From assembly GCA_030390025.1 (NCBI GenBank), contig CM059431.1, positions 149,670,001 through 149,734,000 of the forward strand: a DNA stretch of 64,000 nt, given 5' to 3'. Both the position numbers and the translations under genes were made by a program. Within the stretch, counting starts at the first letter, position 1, and every line of letters starts with the position of its first letter. The stretch comes from Squalus acanthias. Taxonomy: Eukaryota. Below, piece after piece: positions 1-12,900 of the stretch. The notes beneath the pieces are model-generated. The model saw only the letters and a program-made list of their open reading frames with translations. It had not been told where the DNA came from and did no database searches.

Positions 1-1662
1 CAGATCTGCCGATTGGATGACATATCGGCCTCCTCCTGAGGTCCCCACCATCACAGGAGCTAGTCTTCAGCCAATTCGATTTACTCCACGTGACATCAAA
101 AAATTACTGAGCCCATTGGATAAAACAAAGGCCCCGACAAATCCCGGCTATCGTGCTGAAGACGTGTGATCCAGAACTAGCCGAGCCTCTAGCCAAGCTG
201 CTCCACTGCAGCAACAACACTGGCATCTATCCGACAGTGTGAAAAACTACCCAGGTATGTCCTGTCCACAAAAAGCAGGACAAATCCAACCCGGCCAATT
301 ACCGCCCCATCAGTTTACTCTGAATCATCAGCAAAGTGATGGAAGGTGTACTCGACACTGCTATCAAGTGGTACTTACTCACCAATAACCTGCTCACTGA
401 TGCCCAGTTTGGGATCCGCTAAGACCACTCCTCTTCCGACCTCATTACAGCTTTGGTCCAAACATGGACAAAGTAGATGAATTCCAGAGGTGTGGTGAGA
501 GTGACTTCCCTTGACATCAAGGCAGCATTTGACCGAGTCTGGCATCAAGGAGTCCTAGTAAAATTGAAGCCATTGGGAATCAGAGGGAAAACGCTCCACT
601 GGCTGGAGTTATACCTAGCACAAAGTTAGATGGTTGTAGTGGTTGAAGGTCAATCATCTCAGCCCCAGTACTTCGCTGCAGGAGTTCCTCAGTGCAGTTT
701 CCTCGGCCCAACCATGTTCAGCTGCTTTATCAATGGCCTTCCCTCCAGCATAAGATGAGAAATGGGAATGTTCGCTGATGACTGCACAGTTTTTCTTCCA
801 CCACAAATCCTCAGATAATGAAGCAGTCCATGCCCGCATGCAACAAGTCCTGGACTACGTTTAGGCTTGGACTGATAAGTGGCAGGTAACATTCACGCCA
901 CAGAAGTGCCAGGGAATGATTATCTCCAAAAAGCGAGAGTCTAACCACTGCTCCTTGACATTCAACGGCATTGCCATTACCGAATCACCCACCATCAACA
1001 ACTGGGGTTCACCATTGAACAGAAACTTCACTGGACCAGCCACATAAATACTGTGGGAACAGGAGCAGATCAGAGGCTGCGAGTGTCTCAGCTTTGACTC
1101 CCCAAAGTCTTTTCTCCATCTACTTGCCACAAGTAAGGAGTGTGATGGAGATAAACTCCACTTTCCTGGATGAGTGCAGCGCCTACAACACTCAAGAAGC
1201 TCGACATCATCCAGGACAACGCAACCCACTTGGTTGGCACCCAATCAAAAATCTTAAACGTTCACTCCCTACACCACCGGCGTACCGTGGCTGCAGTGTG
1301 TACCATCTACAAGATGCACTGCAGCAGCTCATCAAGGCTTCTTCGGCAGCACCTCCCAAACCCGTGATCTCTTCCACCTAGAAGGACAAGGGAAGCAGGC
1401 GTATGGGAACACCACCACCTCCAAGTTCATCTCCAAGTCACACATGATCCTGACATAGAAATATATCGCCGATACTTCATCGTCGCTGGGTCAAAACGCT
1501 GGGAATTTCTCCCAAACAGCACTGTGGGAGTACCTTCAGCACATGGACTGCAGCGGTATTAGAAGGCGGCTCACCAACGCCTTCTCGAGGGCAATTATAG
1601 ATGAAGAATAATTGCTGGCCTTTCCAGGGACGCCCAAAGCACAGCAACGAATAAAAAAAAAA
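1..1662 (+). mobile_element. Decayed non-LTR retrotransposon (CR1/L2-group LINE): RT domain, C-terminus and 3' UTR with short poly(A); 5' part lies outside the window
   Basis: RT motifs are readable through stops: NYRPISL (~297-320), LDIKAAFDRVWH (~510-545), GVPQ (~680) and FADD (771-782). C-terminal segment KKLDIIQ...LHHRRTVA (ORF 1170-1367). Ends in aataaaaaaaaa at ~1650-1662. Confidence 0.85.
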
Positions 1663-1675
1663 TCATAACGCTCCA

Positions 1676-1905
1676 ACGCTGCAGCGCTCCCTCAGTACTG
1701 CCACTATAACAGAGGAGCGGTCCCTCAATACTGGTCCCTCAGAAAGTGCAGCGCTCGCTCTGTACTGATCCTCCCACAGTGAAGCGCTCCCTCAGTACTG
1801 CTCCACTGACAGTGTGGCGTTCCCTCAGTAACGCCCTTCGACAGTGCGGTGCTCCCTTAATACTGCCCCTCCGACAGTGTGGCGCTCCCTCAGTTCTGCC
1901 CCTTG
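1676..1905. repeat. Short array of 33-bp repeat B (ACAGTGCAGCGCTCCCTCAGTACTGCCCCTCCG)
   Basis: About 7 degenerate copies; same unit as 22632-25915. Confidence 0.85.
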
Positions 1906-2049
1906 GCTGCCCGAATAGTTTCTATGGAAGGGAGGTGTTTATGTTAGTGACGTACCAATCCTGATTGGGCTTGGATCTTTTCCTCAACTTTAGGGATTAG
2001 CCACCAAATTGGCATATTTGTGGGAAAACAACAACTGGTTGACTCCTCG

Positions 2050-3626
2050 GAACAGGAGTAGGCCAATCAGCCCCCTCGAGCCTGTTACTATAGGAACAGG
2101 AGGCGGCCAATCAGCACCCTGGAGTCTGTTAATATAGGAACAGGAAGGGGCCATTCAGCCACACTCGAGCCTGTTACATTGGAACAGGAAGAGTCCCATT
2201 CATCCCTCGAGCCTGTAACACAGGAACAGGAGGAGGCCATTCAGCCCCTCGAGCGCATTACACAGCAAAAGGAGGAGGCCCATTCAGATACTCGAACCTG
2301 TTGCCTAGGAATAAGAGTAGGTCCATTCAGTCCATTACACAGGAACAAGAGGAGGCCCATTCAGACCCTCGAGCCCGTTACACAGGAAGAGGAGGAGGCC
2401 ATTCAGCCCCTCGAGCTCGTTTTACAGGAACAGGAGGTGGCCATTCAGCCCCACTCGAGCCTGTTACTAAAGGAACAGAAGGAGGCCATTCAGACCCTCG
2501 AGCCTGTTACACAGGAACAGCTGGCCATTCTGCCCCTCGAGCCCGATACACAGGAACAGGAGGAGGCCCATTCAGCCCCTCAAGCCTGTTACTCAGGAAC
2601 AGGAGGAGGCCGTTCAGCACATGGAGCCCGTTACACAGGAGCAGGAGGATACCCTTTCAGCCCTTCGAGCCTTTTCCATTGGAACAGGAGGAGGCCATTC
2701 AGCCCCATGAACCCGTTACACAGGAACAGGAGGAGGCTATTCAGCCCCTCGAGCCCAATACACAGGAACAGGAGGAGGCACAATCAGCCCCTCGAGACAG
2801 TTACACAGGAACAGGTGGACATTCAGCCCCTCGAGCCTGTTACACAGGAACAGGAGGAGGCCCATTCAGCACCTCGAGCCTGTTACACAGTAACAGGAGG
2901 AGGCCCATTCAGCTCCTCAAGCCTATTACACAGGAACAGGAGTAGGCACATTCAGCCCCTCGAGCCTGTTACACAGGAACAGGAGGAGGCCATTCAGCCC
3001 CTCGAGCAAGTTACACAGGAACAGGAGTAGGCCATTCAGCCTCTCGAACCTGTTACACAGGAAAAGGAAGAGGCAATTCAGCGCCTCGAGCCCGTTACAC
3101 AGGAATAGGAGGAGGCCATTCAGCCCCTCGAGCCCATTACAGAGTAGTAGGAGGAGGCCATTCAGCCCCTCGAGCCCGTTACACAGGAACAGGAGGAGGC
3201 CATTCAGTCCCTCAAGCCTGTTACACAGGAACAGGAGTAGGCCCATTTAGTCCCTCGAGCCTATTACACAGGAACAGGAGGTGGCGATTCAGCCCTCTAG
3301 CCCTTTCCACAGCAACAGGAGTGGGACATTCAGCACCGCAAAACTGTTACACAGGAACAGGAGGAGGCCATTCAGCCCCTCGAGCCTGTTACACAGAAAC
3401 AGTAGTATGCCATTCAGCCGCTCGAAACTGTTACACAAGAAAAGGAGGAGGCCATTCAGTCGCTCGAGCTCGTTACACAGGTTTAGGAGGAGGCCATTCA
3501 GCCCCTCCTGCCCGTTATACAGGAATAGGAGGAGGCCATTCAGCCCCTCGAGCCCGTTTCACAGTCACAGGAGGAGGCGATTCAGCCCCTCGAGCCTGTT
3601 CCGTCATTCAGTGAGATTCTGGCTGA
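2050..3626 (-). repeat. 42-bp tandem array derived from the CR1/HE1 3'-terminal sequence
   Basis: Unit AGGAACAGGAGGAGGCCATTCAGCCCCTCGAGCCTGTTACAC, which gives a 14-aa periodicity in the ORFs. It matches the CR1 3' end at 35758-35795 (AGGAGCAGGAGTAGGCCATTCGGCCCCTCGAGC). The last unit runs on into further CR1 3'-UTR-like sequence (cattcagtgagattctggctgat). Confidence 0.9.
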
Positions 3627-3628
3627 TT

Positions 3629-4425
3629 TGTTGTTCAGGGAAGGGAATCTGCCGTTTCCACCCAAACCACCCGCTGCTGCCTACACGGGACTCGCGTCCC
3701 ACTCTGCTGAGGCTGACTATCGCTGCATCCCCACAACCGCTGAATTGTGCCCGGACCCAATCGGAGAGGGCTGGCAACCTGGAGCGGGCGGGGTGCGAGC
3801 GAATTTATCCCTGTCAGCCTCGCACATCCTTCCATCCCCGTCATCTCGTGCTGTGGTTGTGGGGGGAGGGGAGGGGCGATGGACTGATCCGTCCTGGAGC
3901 TTGCGATCGAACCGGAACTTTGACCGACCGCCCGGGGATCAAAGCGCGAGACGGATCTGGTCGGGATATGAGCGGAATTCCAAATCGATTGAAGATATTA
4001 CACGCTGCCCGCATAAAGTGCCTTTAGACGGGGTTGGGGGAGCCTCAATCACCCCATCTCCCCAAACCCCAGCCTCTCCCCAACACCCACCACGGATAGA
4101 GGAGTTTGACCTCTGGTCCTGGTGACCTGTGCCTTTAACTGCACTTTATCTGTGAATGTTGCTCTCACTGAACCCTCTCGAGTGCCCGAGGTTTATCATT
4201 GGAAATAGACTGTGTGACGGCTGTAATATGTTCAGTCAATGAATAAAGAGTTATATGGTCAGACCGTACCAGACGGGTGCAATAAAATAACATTTCATAT
4301 CACCTGAAAGTCGTTGAATCATCGTGTTCACTTTAAAGCCATTGCCATAGCTTGCATCGCCATCTCTCCATCAGCGACTTGCAAATGCATTTGTGCAGGA
4401 CTCCTGTCTTTAATATGGTGCAAGG
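3629..4425 (+). other. Non-tandem ~0.8-kb segment, possibly an LTR or other TE fragment
   Basis: Begins TGTTG, has a CpG-rich 5' half and AATAAA at ~4242 and ~4281. No clear CA end or TSD, and no convincing protein. Confidence 0.3.
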
Positions 4426-5790
4426 CACACTGACAGGGTAATGTAGAGGGAGCTCTATACTGTTTCTAACCCGTGCTGTACCTTCCCTGGGAGCGCTCGA
4501 TGCTGACACTGTGTATAAAGTGGGGGGGGGGGAGGGGGGGGGGGGACACAGTCAGTGTAATGTAGAGGGAGCTTTACACTGTATCTAACCCATGCTGTAA
4601 ATGCCCTGGGAGCGCTCGATGCTGACACTGGTTATAAAGTGGGGACACACTGCCAGGGTAATGTAGAGGGCGCTCTACACTCTATCTAACTCGTGCTATA
4701 CCTGCCCCGGGAGCGCTCGATGCTGACACTGGGTATAAAGTGGGGGAGACACGGTCAGGTTAATGTAGAGTGAGCTGTACACTGTGTCCAGCCCGTGCTG
4801 TACCTGCCCTGGGAGACCTTGATATACACACAGGGTATAAGGTGGGGGACACACTATCGGGGTAATGTAGAGTGAGCTCTACACTGTATCTAACACGTGC
4901 TGTACCTGCCCAGGGAACGCTCGATGCTGACAGTGGGCATAACGTAGGGGTCACACTGTCAGGCTAATGTAGAGTGAGCTCTACACTGCATCTAACCCTT
5001 GCTGTACCTGCGCTGGGAGCGCTCGATGCAGACACTGGGTATACAGTGGGGGACACAATGTCGGGTTATTGTAGAGGGAGCTCTACACTGTATCTAACCC
5101 GTGCTGTACCTGCCCTGGGAACGCTCGAGCTGACACTGGTTATAAGGTGGGGGACACACTGTCAGGGGTAATATAGAGGGAGCTCTACACTGTATCTAAC
5201 CCGTGCTGTACCTGCCCTGGGAACGCTCGATGCTGACACTGGTTATAAAGTGGGGACCCACTGTCAGGGTAATGTAGAGGGAGCTCTACACTGTATCTAA
5301 CCCGTGCTGTACCTGCCCTGGGAGCGCTAGATGCTGACACTAGTTATAAAGTGCGGAGACACTGTCAGGGTAATGTAGAGGGTGCTCTACACTGTATCTA
5401 ACCCGTGCTGTACCTGCCCTCGGTGCGCTCGATGCTGACAGTGGGTAAAAAGTAGGGGACACACTGTCAGGCTAATGTAGATGGAGCTCTACACTGTATC
5501 TAACTAGTGCTGTACCTGCCCTTGGAGCGCTCGATGCTGCCACTGGGTATAAAGTGGGGGACACAATGTCGGGGTAATGCAGATGGAGATCTACGCTGTA
5601 TCTAACCCGTGCTGTACCTGCCCTGGGAGCGCTCGATGCTGACTGGTTATATGGTGGTGGACACACTGGAAGGGGTAATATAAAGGGAGCTCTATACTGT
5701 ACCAACCCGTGCTGTACCTGCCCTGGGAGCGCTCGATGCTGACACTGGTTATAAATTAGACGGGGCACACTGTCAACGTAATGTATATGC
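4426..5790. repeat. ~101-bp tandem repeat, about 13 copies
   Basis: Unit GACACACTGTCAGGGTAATGTAGAGGGAGCTCTACACTGTATCTAACCCGTGCTGTACCTGCCCTGGGAGCGCTCGATGCTGACACTGGTTATAAAGTGGG. AATGTAGAG recurs at 5271 and 5372. Confidence 0.95.
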
Positions 5791-5814
5791 ATCTCTTCAC
5801 ACGTACCAAAGCAA

Positions 5815-6970
5815 TAGTCTCACCGTCAGAGACCCTGTTAAAGGGGGAGTTTTCCTATCAGGCGGCCGTTTTAAAAAGGGACTCTCACCATCAGAGACCC
5901 TTTTAAAGAGGGAGTCTTTCTTTCAGGGAGCTTTTTTAAAGAGAATCTTTCCATCAGGGACCCCTTTTTAGACGCCCTCTTTAAATGGGGTCCCTGATAG
6001 AAAGCCTCTCTTTTTAAAATGGGTCACCGAGGGTGACACTCCCTCTTTAAAAGGGGTCCCTGAAAGAAAAACTCTATCCTTAAAAGGTATTCTCGATGTT
6101 GAGACTCACTATTTAAAAGCGGTGCCTGATGGTGAGACTCTCTCATTAAAAGGGTGTCCTGATGTTGAGACTCACTGTTTAAAAGTTGTCGCTCATGACG
6201 AGACTCCCTGTTTTACAGGTATCCCTGATGGTGAGATTTTCTCTTTAAAAGGGGTCCCTGATGGTAAGACATCATCTTTAAAAGGGGTCCCTGATGGTGA
6301 GACTCTCTCATTAAAAGTGGGCCCTGACTGGGATACTCCCTCTTTAAAAGTTGCCCTTGATGGGGAGGCACCCTCTTTAAAAGGTGTCTCTGATGGCGAC
6401 ACACCCTCTTTAAAATGTCTCCCTGATGCTGAGACTCTCTCTTTAAAAGGGGTCACTGATGGAGTAACTCCCTCTTTTAAAGATGTCCCTGATGGTGAGA
6501 CACTCACTTTAAAAGTTGTCCCTGAATGTGAGACAGCCTCTTTAAAAGGGAACCTTGATCGAAAGACACACTCTTTAAAAAGCGTGAGACTCCCTTTTTA
6601 AAAGGGCTCCCTGATAGAAAGACTCCATCATTAAAAGGGATCCCTGATTCCGAGACTCTCTCTTCAAAAGGTGTCCCTGATCGAAACACACCCTGTTTAA
6701 AAGGTGTCCCTGATTTTGAGACTCTCTCCTTAAAAGATGTCCCTGATGGAAACAATTCCTCTTCAAAAGGTATCCCTGATGGTGAGACTCTCTCTTTAAA
6801 AGGGGTCCCTGATGGTGAGACTCCCTCTTTAAAAGGGGACCGTGTTCGAAAGACTCTCTCCTTAAAATGGTTCCCCAAGGGAGAGACTCCCTATTTAAAA
6901 GGGTTCCCTGATACAAAGACTCCCTCATTAAAAGGTGTTGCTAATGGAGAGACTCCCTCTTTAAAAGGTA
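5815..6970. repeat. 33-bp satellite A (CTCCCTCTTTAAAAGGGGTCCCTGATGGTGAGA); first ~150 bp in reverse orientation
   Basis: 11-aa periodicity ETPSLKGVPDG in the ORFs; strand switch near 5970. Confidence 0.95.
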
Positions 6971-6974
6971 ATGC

Positions 6975-9955
6975 TGTGGAGATGCCGGTGTTGGACAGAG
7001 GTGGACAAATGTGAGAGAAGTCGCACAACACCAGGTTATAGTCCAACAGTTTTATTTGAAATCACAAGCTTTCGGAGCGCTGCTCCTTCGTCAGGTGAAG
7101 TGAAGAGATGTATTTTGGCACAGCATATATAGTCAGAGAACACTGCCAGATGATTACAGTTCATCTTTCTAACTGCCCTTTATCACACCTCGGCAGAGAG
7201 ATAATCACAGCAATGAAAGGTGTGGATGGTGTCCAAACATGTCAGCCAGGAAAACATTACATCAAAGACAATGAGGTGGGGTCACGAGGGGTCATATGTG
7301 GCAGACGCTGGTGTCTGTATGGAAAACAAAAAACTTTTTTTGCTGGAAATCACAGCAGGTCCGGCCGCATCTGTGCAGAGAGAACATGCCAACAACGACA
7401 CGAGTCTGGATGACTCTACGTCAGGTGGGGTTAAATGTATCGTGACATGAACTCAAGATCCCGTTTGAGGCCGTCCTCATGTGTGCGGAACTTGGCTATC
7501 AGTTTCTGCCCTACGATTTTGCGTTGTCATGTGTCTCGAAGCCCGCCATGGAGAACGCTTACCCGAAGATCGGAGGCTGAATTTCCTTGACTGCTGAAGT
7601 GTTCCGCGACTGGGAGGGAACACTCCCGCCTGGCTATTGTTACGCGGTGTTCATCATAAGTTATTGCAGTGTCTGCATGGTCTCGCTGAGGTACCATGCT
7701 CCGGGGCATCCTTTCCTGCAACGTATGAGGTAGACAACGTTGGCCGAGTCACATGAGTATGTACCATGTACCTGGTGGGTGCTGTCCTCACGTGTGATGA
7801 TGGTATCTTTGTTGATGATCTGGCATGTCTTGCAGAGGTTGCCGTGGCAGTGTTGTGTGGTGTCGTGCTGGCTGTTCTCCTGAAAGTTGGGTAATTTGCT
7901 GCGAACGATGGTCTGTTTGAGGTTAGGTGGCCCTTTGAAGGCGAGTTGTGGAGGCGTGGGGATTGCCTTGGTGAGGTGCTCGTCGTTATCGATGACAAGT
8001 TGAAGGCTGCAAAGAACATGGAGTAGTTTATCCGCTCCGAGGAAGTACTGCATGACGTAGGGTACTCTTTTGGTTGTGGCCCGTGTTCGTCTTCTGAGGA
8101 GGCCTATGCGATTTTTCGCTGTTTACCGTCGGAACTGTCGATCAATGAGTCGAGCGTCATATCCCGTTCTTACGAAGGGCGTCTTTTAGCGTCTGTATGT
8201 GTCCGTCGCGTTCTTCCTCGTCTTAGCAGATCCTTTGAATTCGCAGGGCTTGTCCATAGGGGATGGCTTCTTTAACGTGGTTAGGGTGGAAGCTGGAGAA
8301 GTGGAGCATCGTGAGGTTGTCTGTGGACTTGCGGTAGAGTGAAGTGCTGAGGTGTCCGTCTTTGATGGAGATTCGTGTGTCCAATAATGAAACCGATTCT
8401 GAGGAGTAGTCCATGGTGAGTTTGATGTTGGGATGGAACTTGTTGATGTTATCGTGTAGTCTTTTCAGTGATTCTTCACCGTGGGTCCATAGGAAGAAAA
8501 TGTCGTCGATGTATCTGGTGTATAGCGTTGGCTGGATATCCTGTGCAGTGAAGAAGTCTTGCTCGAACTTGTACATGAAGATGTTGGCATATTGGGGTGC
8601 GAATTTGGTCCCCATGGCTATTCCGTTTGTTTGGGTAAAAAACTTGTTGTCGAAGGTGAAGACATTGTGGTCAAGCATGAAGTGGATGAGTTGCAGGATG
8701 GCGTCTGGAGATTGGCTGTTGTTGGTGTTGAGTACTGAGGCTGTCGCTACGTGGTGCTGTCATCGTGGGGGATACTGGTGTAGAGTGCCGAGACGTCCAA
8801 TCTTGGCGAGGAGTGTTCCTGGTTCAACTGGTCCGTGGGTGCTGAGTTTCTGTAAGAAGTCTGTAGTGTCGCGACAGAAGCTTAACGATGGGTTTCAGGA
8901 TGCCCACGACGTATCCAGAGAGGTTCTCGCACAGGGTTCCGTTGCAAGATATGAAAGTACGTCCGGGTGCGTTGGCTTTGTGTATCTTTGGGAGGCAGTA
9001 GAAGTCTCCCACGCGGGGAGTACGTGGGATTAGAGCGCATAGGATGCTTTGAAGTCTGGATCGAAGACTTGATCAGTCTATTGAGTTGGCGGGTGTGTTC
9101 TTTGGTCGGATCTGCGGGTAATTGTCTGTAGTGTTCCCGGTTGTCCAGTTATCGGTAATGCTTCTTTGCAATAGTCCATTCTGTTCTGTATGACGATGGC
9201 TCCTCATTTGTCCGCTGATTTGATGACGTGGTTGGGTTGGTCTTGAGAGCGTGGATGGCGTTGCGTTGTGCTAGGGTGACATTCTGGACTGTCTTGTGAG
9301 TGCGGCTGATGAATCTGGCTTTGATGCATATATTTCAAGCTTAGGGCAGCGACTTTCCGAGGGGTCCAATTTGACTCTTTCTTATTTGGTTGCTGCACTG
9401 CGGGTCCCTCTGTCTGCTGTTCGGATCATTGATTGTCTCAATGGGTTCGCTGCTGATATCTTGGGATTCGTGGAAGAATTCCCGGAGCCTCATTCTCCTG
9501 ATGAATTCCTCTGTGTCTGCCGCAAGACCGATGAGGTCCATTTTGATGGTGGGGCAGAAATTGAGCCCTCGGCTGAGAAGTTCGATTTCGTCTGGTTGCA
9601 GGGTGTGGTTGTAAAAGTTGACGATGGACTTCCCTGTGGTTGCAACCGTTATACCGGGGGAGGCTTGGTTGCTGCTGGTGGTGATGCCGAGTTTCTCAAG
9701 CTTTCTGTTATGGTGTGCATGTAGGTAGCGTAGTTCCGTTGCCTCATCTGTTTGTCGGTGTCTCATAGCTGCTCTGCTGTGTCCTGAGCACAGGCTGACA
9801 ACATGTACTCTATTTTGGTTTCAAGGTTGCGGCGTCTGCTGTAGAGCTGGTGTACGAGATGGTTGAGGAGTGTGCGACAGGTACGACGGCAGAGTCTCTC
9901 AGCCTAGTCTGTGTTGTATGTCGACTTGAGTGGGTTTGCGATCTGTATTCCTGAA
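6975..9955 (-). mobile_element. Penelope-like element (Neptune-type), decayed RT plus GIY-YIG endonuclease with 3' pLTR
   Basis: RT motifs GIAMGTKFAP and YTRYIDDIFF (8223-8678), LPKIHK (8824-9012), LLSRGLNFCP (9341-9766) and VIKSADK. Linker CHGNLCKTC and GIY-YIG-like SANVVYLIRC...WY (7661-8053). Hammerhead core and AATAAA in the 3' end. Confidence 0.92.
7062..7098 (-). ncRNA. Minimal type I hammerhead ribozyme in the Penelope pLTR
   Basis: Minus strand reads TCAC-CTGACGA-aGGAGCagcGCTCC-GAAA-GC-TT-GTGA: stem I (TCAC/GTGA), CUGANGA core, stem II, GAAA, and palindromic AAGCTT stem III. Confidence 0.8.
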
Positions 9956-12900
9956 ACTTTAAAAGGTGTCCCTGATGGTGAGGCTCTCTCTTTAAAATGG
10001 GTACCTGATTGTGAGACACTCTCTGTAAAAGGCATCCCTGATGGTGAGACTATCCCTTTAAAAGGTGTCCCTGATGGTGAGAGTCTCTCTTTAAATGGGG
10101 TCCCTGATGTTGAGACTCTCTTTAAAGAGGCCCCTAATGCTGAAAAACCGTCGTTATCAGGGATCCTGATGGTGAGACTCCCGCTTTAAAAGGTGTCCCT
10201 CATGGTGAGACTCACACTTTAAAATGGGTCCTGATGCTGAGTCTCACTCTTTAAAATTGGTCCCCGAGGTTGAGACTACCTCTTTAAAAGGGTCTCTGAT
10301 GGTGAGACAATCTCTATAAAATTGAATACGGATGGTGAGACACTCTTTAAAAGGGCTCCCTGATAGAAAGACTCCCTCTTTAAAATGGATCCCTGATGGA
10401 GAGACTCACTCTTTAAAACGCTTTGCTGATGGTGTGTCTCACTCTTTAAAAGGTGCCCCTGATGGTAACATTCCCTCTTTATAATGAGTCACTGACAGTG
10501 AGATTCTCTTTAAATGGGTCCCTGATGGGGCGACTCCCTCTTTAAATATATCCCTGATGTCGAGACTCCCGTCTTTAAAAGGGATCCCGATGGGGAGAAA
10601 CCCTCTTTAAAAGTTGTCCCTGATGGAGACACTCCCTCGTTAAAAGGGGTCCCTGATCGTACGTCTCTCTCTTCAAAATGAGACATAATGGGAAGACTCT
10701 CTCATGTTAAAAGGGGTCTCTGAGAGAAAGACTCTCTCTTTAAATGGGATCCCTGATGGTGAATCTCCCTCTCCAAAGTGGGACCGTCATGGCGAGATTC
10801 TCTCTTTAAAAGTGGTCCCTCATGGTGAGATACCCTCTTTAAAATTGGTCCCTGATGGTGACTCTCCCTCATTTAAAACGGTTCGTGGTGGAGAGAACTC
10901 TCATTAATAGGGGTCAATAACGGGGATACCTCCTCTTTAAAAGGGGTTCCTGATAGTGAGACTCTCTCTTTAAACGATGTCCCTAATGCGGAGACTCCAT
11001 CTTTAAAAGGCAACCCTGATGGTGAGACTCTCTTTAAAAGATGTCCCTGATGGTGAGACTCCCTTTTTAAAAGGGGCTCCTGATGCTGAGACTCCCTTTT
11101 TAAAAGTGGTCACTGATGCTCAGACATTCTCTATAAAACGGGGCCCTGATGGTCAGCCTCCCTCTTTAAATGACGTCCCTTAAGGTGAGACTCCCTCTTT
11201 AAATATGATCCCTATTACTGAGACTCCCTCTTTAATAGGAATCCCTGATTCTGAAACACCCTCTTTAAAAGTGGTCCCTGATGGTGAAACTCCCTCTTGA
11301 AAAGGGGTCCCTAATGGGTAGATACTCCATTTAAAAGGGGTCTCTGATAGAAAGACGTCTACTTTAAAAGGTGTCCCTGATAGAAAGTATCTCTTTAAAA
11401 TTGGTCTCCGATGGAGAAACTCTCTCTTTAAAAGTGGTCCCTGATAGTTAACATATCTCTCTAAATGGAGTCCCTGATGGTGAGTGTCCCTCTTTAAAAG
11501 GGGTTCCTGATTGTGAGACACCCTCTTCAAAAGTGGTAACTGATGGTGAGACTCTCTTTAAAAGGAGTCCCTAATAGAATGATTCTTTTTAAAAAGGGTC
11601 CCTGTTAGAAAGACCCCCTCTTTAAAAGGCAACGTTGATAGAAAGACACTCTCTTTAAAATAGGTCCACAAGGGAGACTGCCTATTTAAATGTGTTCCCT
11701 GATAGAAAGAATCCGTCTTGAAAAGGATCTCAGATGGCGAGACTCACTCTTTAAAAGGGTTATTGATGTTGAGACTCTCTTTTAAAATGGGTCCCTGATG
11801 CTGAAACACCCTCTTTAAAAGGGGTCGCTGATGGTGAGACTCCCTCTTTAAAAAGGGTCCCTGATAGAAAGACTCTCTGTTTAAAAGGGGTCCCTGATGG
11901 TGAATCTCTCTCTTTAAAAGCGGTCATTGATAGTGACTCCCTCTTTAAAAGGGGTCCCTGAAAGTAAGACTATCTTTAAATGGGCTCCCTGATAGAAAGA
12001 TTACCTCTTTAAAGGGTTCTCTGATGGTGAGACTCCCTCTTAAAAGGGCTCCCTGATCGAAAGCCTCCGTCATTTAAATGGATCCCTGATTGTGAGATTC
12101 TCTCTTTAAAAGTGATCCCTGAAGAAATACTCCCACTTTAAAAGTGTCTCTGATGCAGAGACTCCCTGTTCAAAAGTGATCAGTAATGGGATGATGCTCT
12201 CTTTAAAAGGGGTCCCTGAATGTGAGACCCTCTTTAAATGTGGTTTCTCTTTAAAAGGGTCCCTGATGGAGAGACTCCCTCTTTCAAAGGGGTCCCTGAT
12301 GGAGGGACTTTCTCTTTATATGTGCTCCCCGATAGAAAGACTTCTTCTTTAAAAGACTCTCTGATTCTGCGACTCTCTGTTTAACAAGTCTCCCTGATAG
12401 AAGGACTCCCTCTTTAAAAGGGATCCCTGATGGTGAGACTTACGCTTTAAAAGGGCTCCATGAGAGAAACGCACCCTCTTCAAAAGGTCTCTGACGGTGC
12501 GACTCTCTCGTTAAAAGGGATCCCAAATGCGGAGACTTTCTGTTTAAAAGGGGTATTTGATGCTGAGACTCCCTCTTTAAATGGGGTCCCTGATGGTGAG
12601 ACTTCCTCTTTAAAAGGGGTCCCCGATGGTGAGACAACCTCTTTAAAAGGGGTTCCTGATGGGGAAACACCCTCTTAAAAGTTGTCCCTGATGGAGACAC
12701 TCCCTCTTTGAAACGGTCCCTGATCGTGAGACTCTCTCTTTAAAATGTATCCCTAATGTGGAAACTGTCTCTTTAAAAGGGGTCCTTGATAGAAAGACTC
12801 CCTGTTTAAAAAGGTTCCCTGATAGAAACACTCCCTGAAACTGGGGCCCTATTTGGCGAGAATCTCTTTTTACAAGGGGTCCCTGATTGAGAGACTCCTT

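Noticed and set aside
2179..3030. 283-aa Glu/Gln-rich repetitive ORF resembling a structural protein
   Set aside because: By-product of the 42-bp repeat; other frames are equally open and indels are not frame-preserving.
3281..4125. 248-aa and 165-aa ORFs
   Set aside because: They cross a repeat boundary or are GC-rich chance ORFs with non-ATG starts and no recognisable domain.
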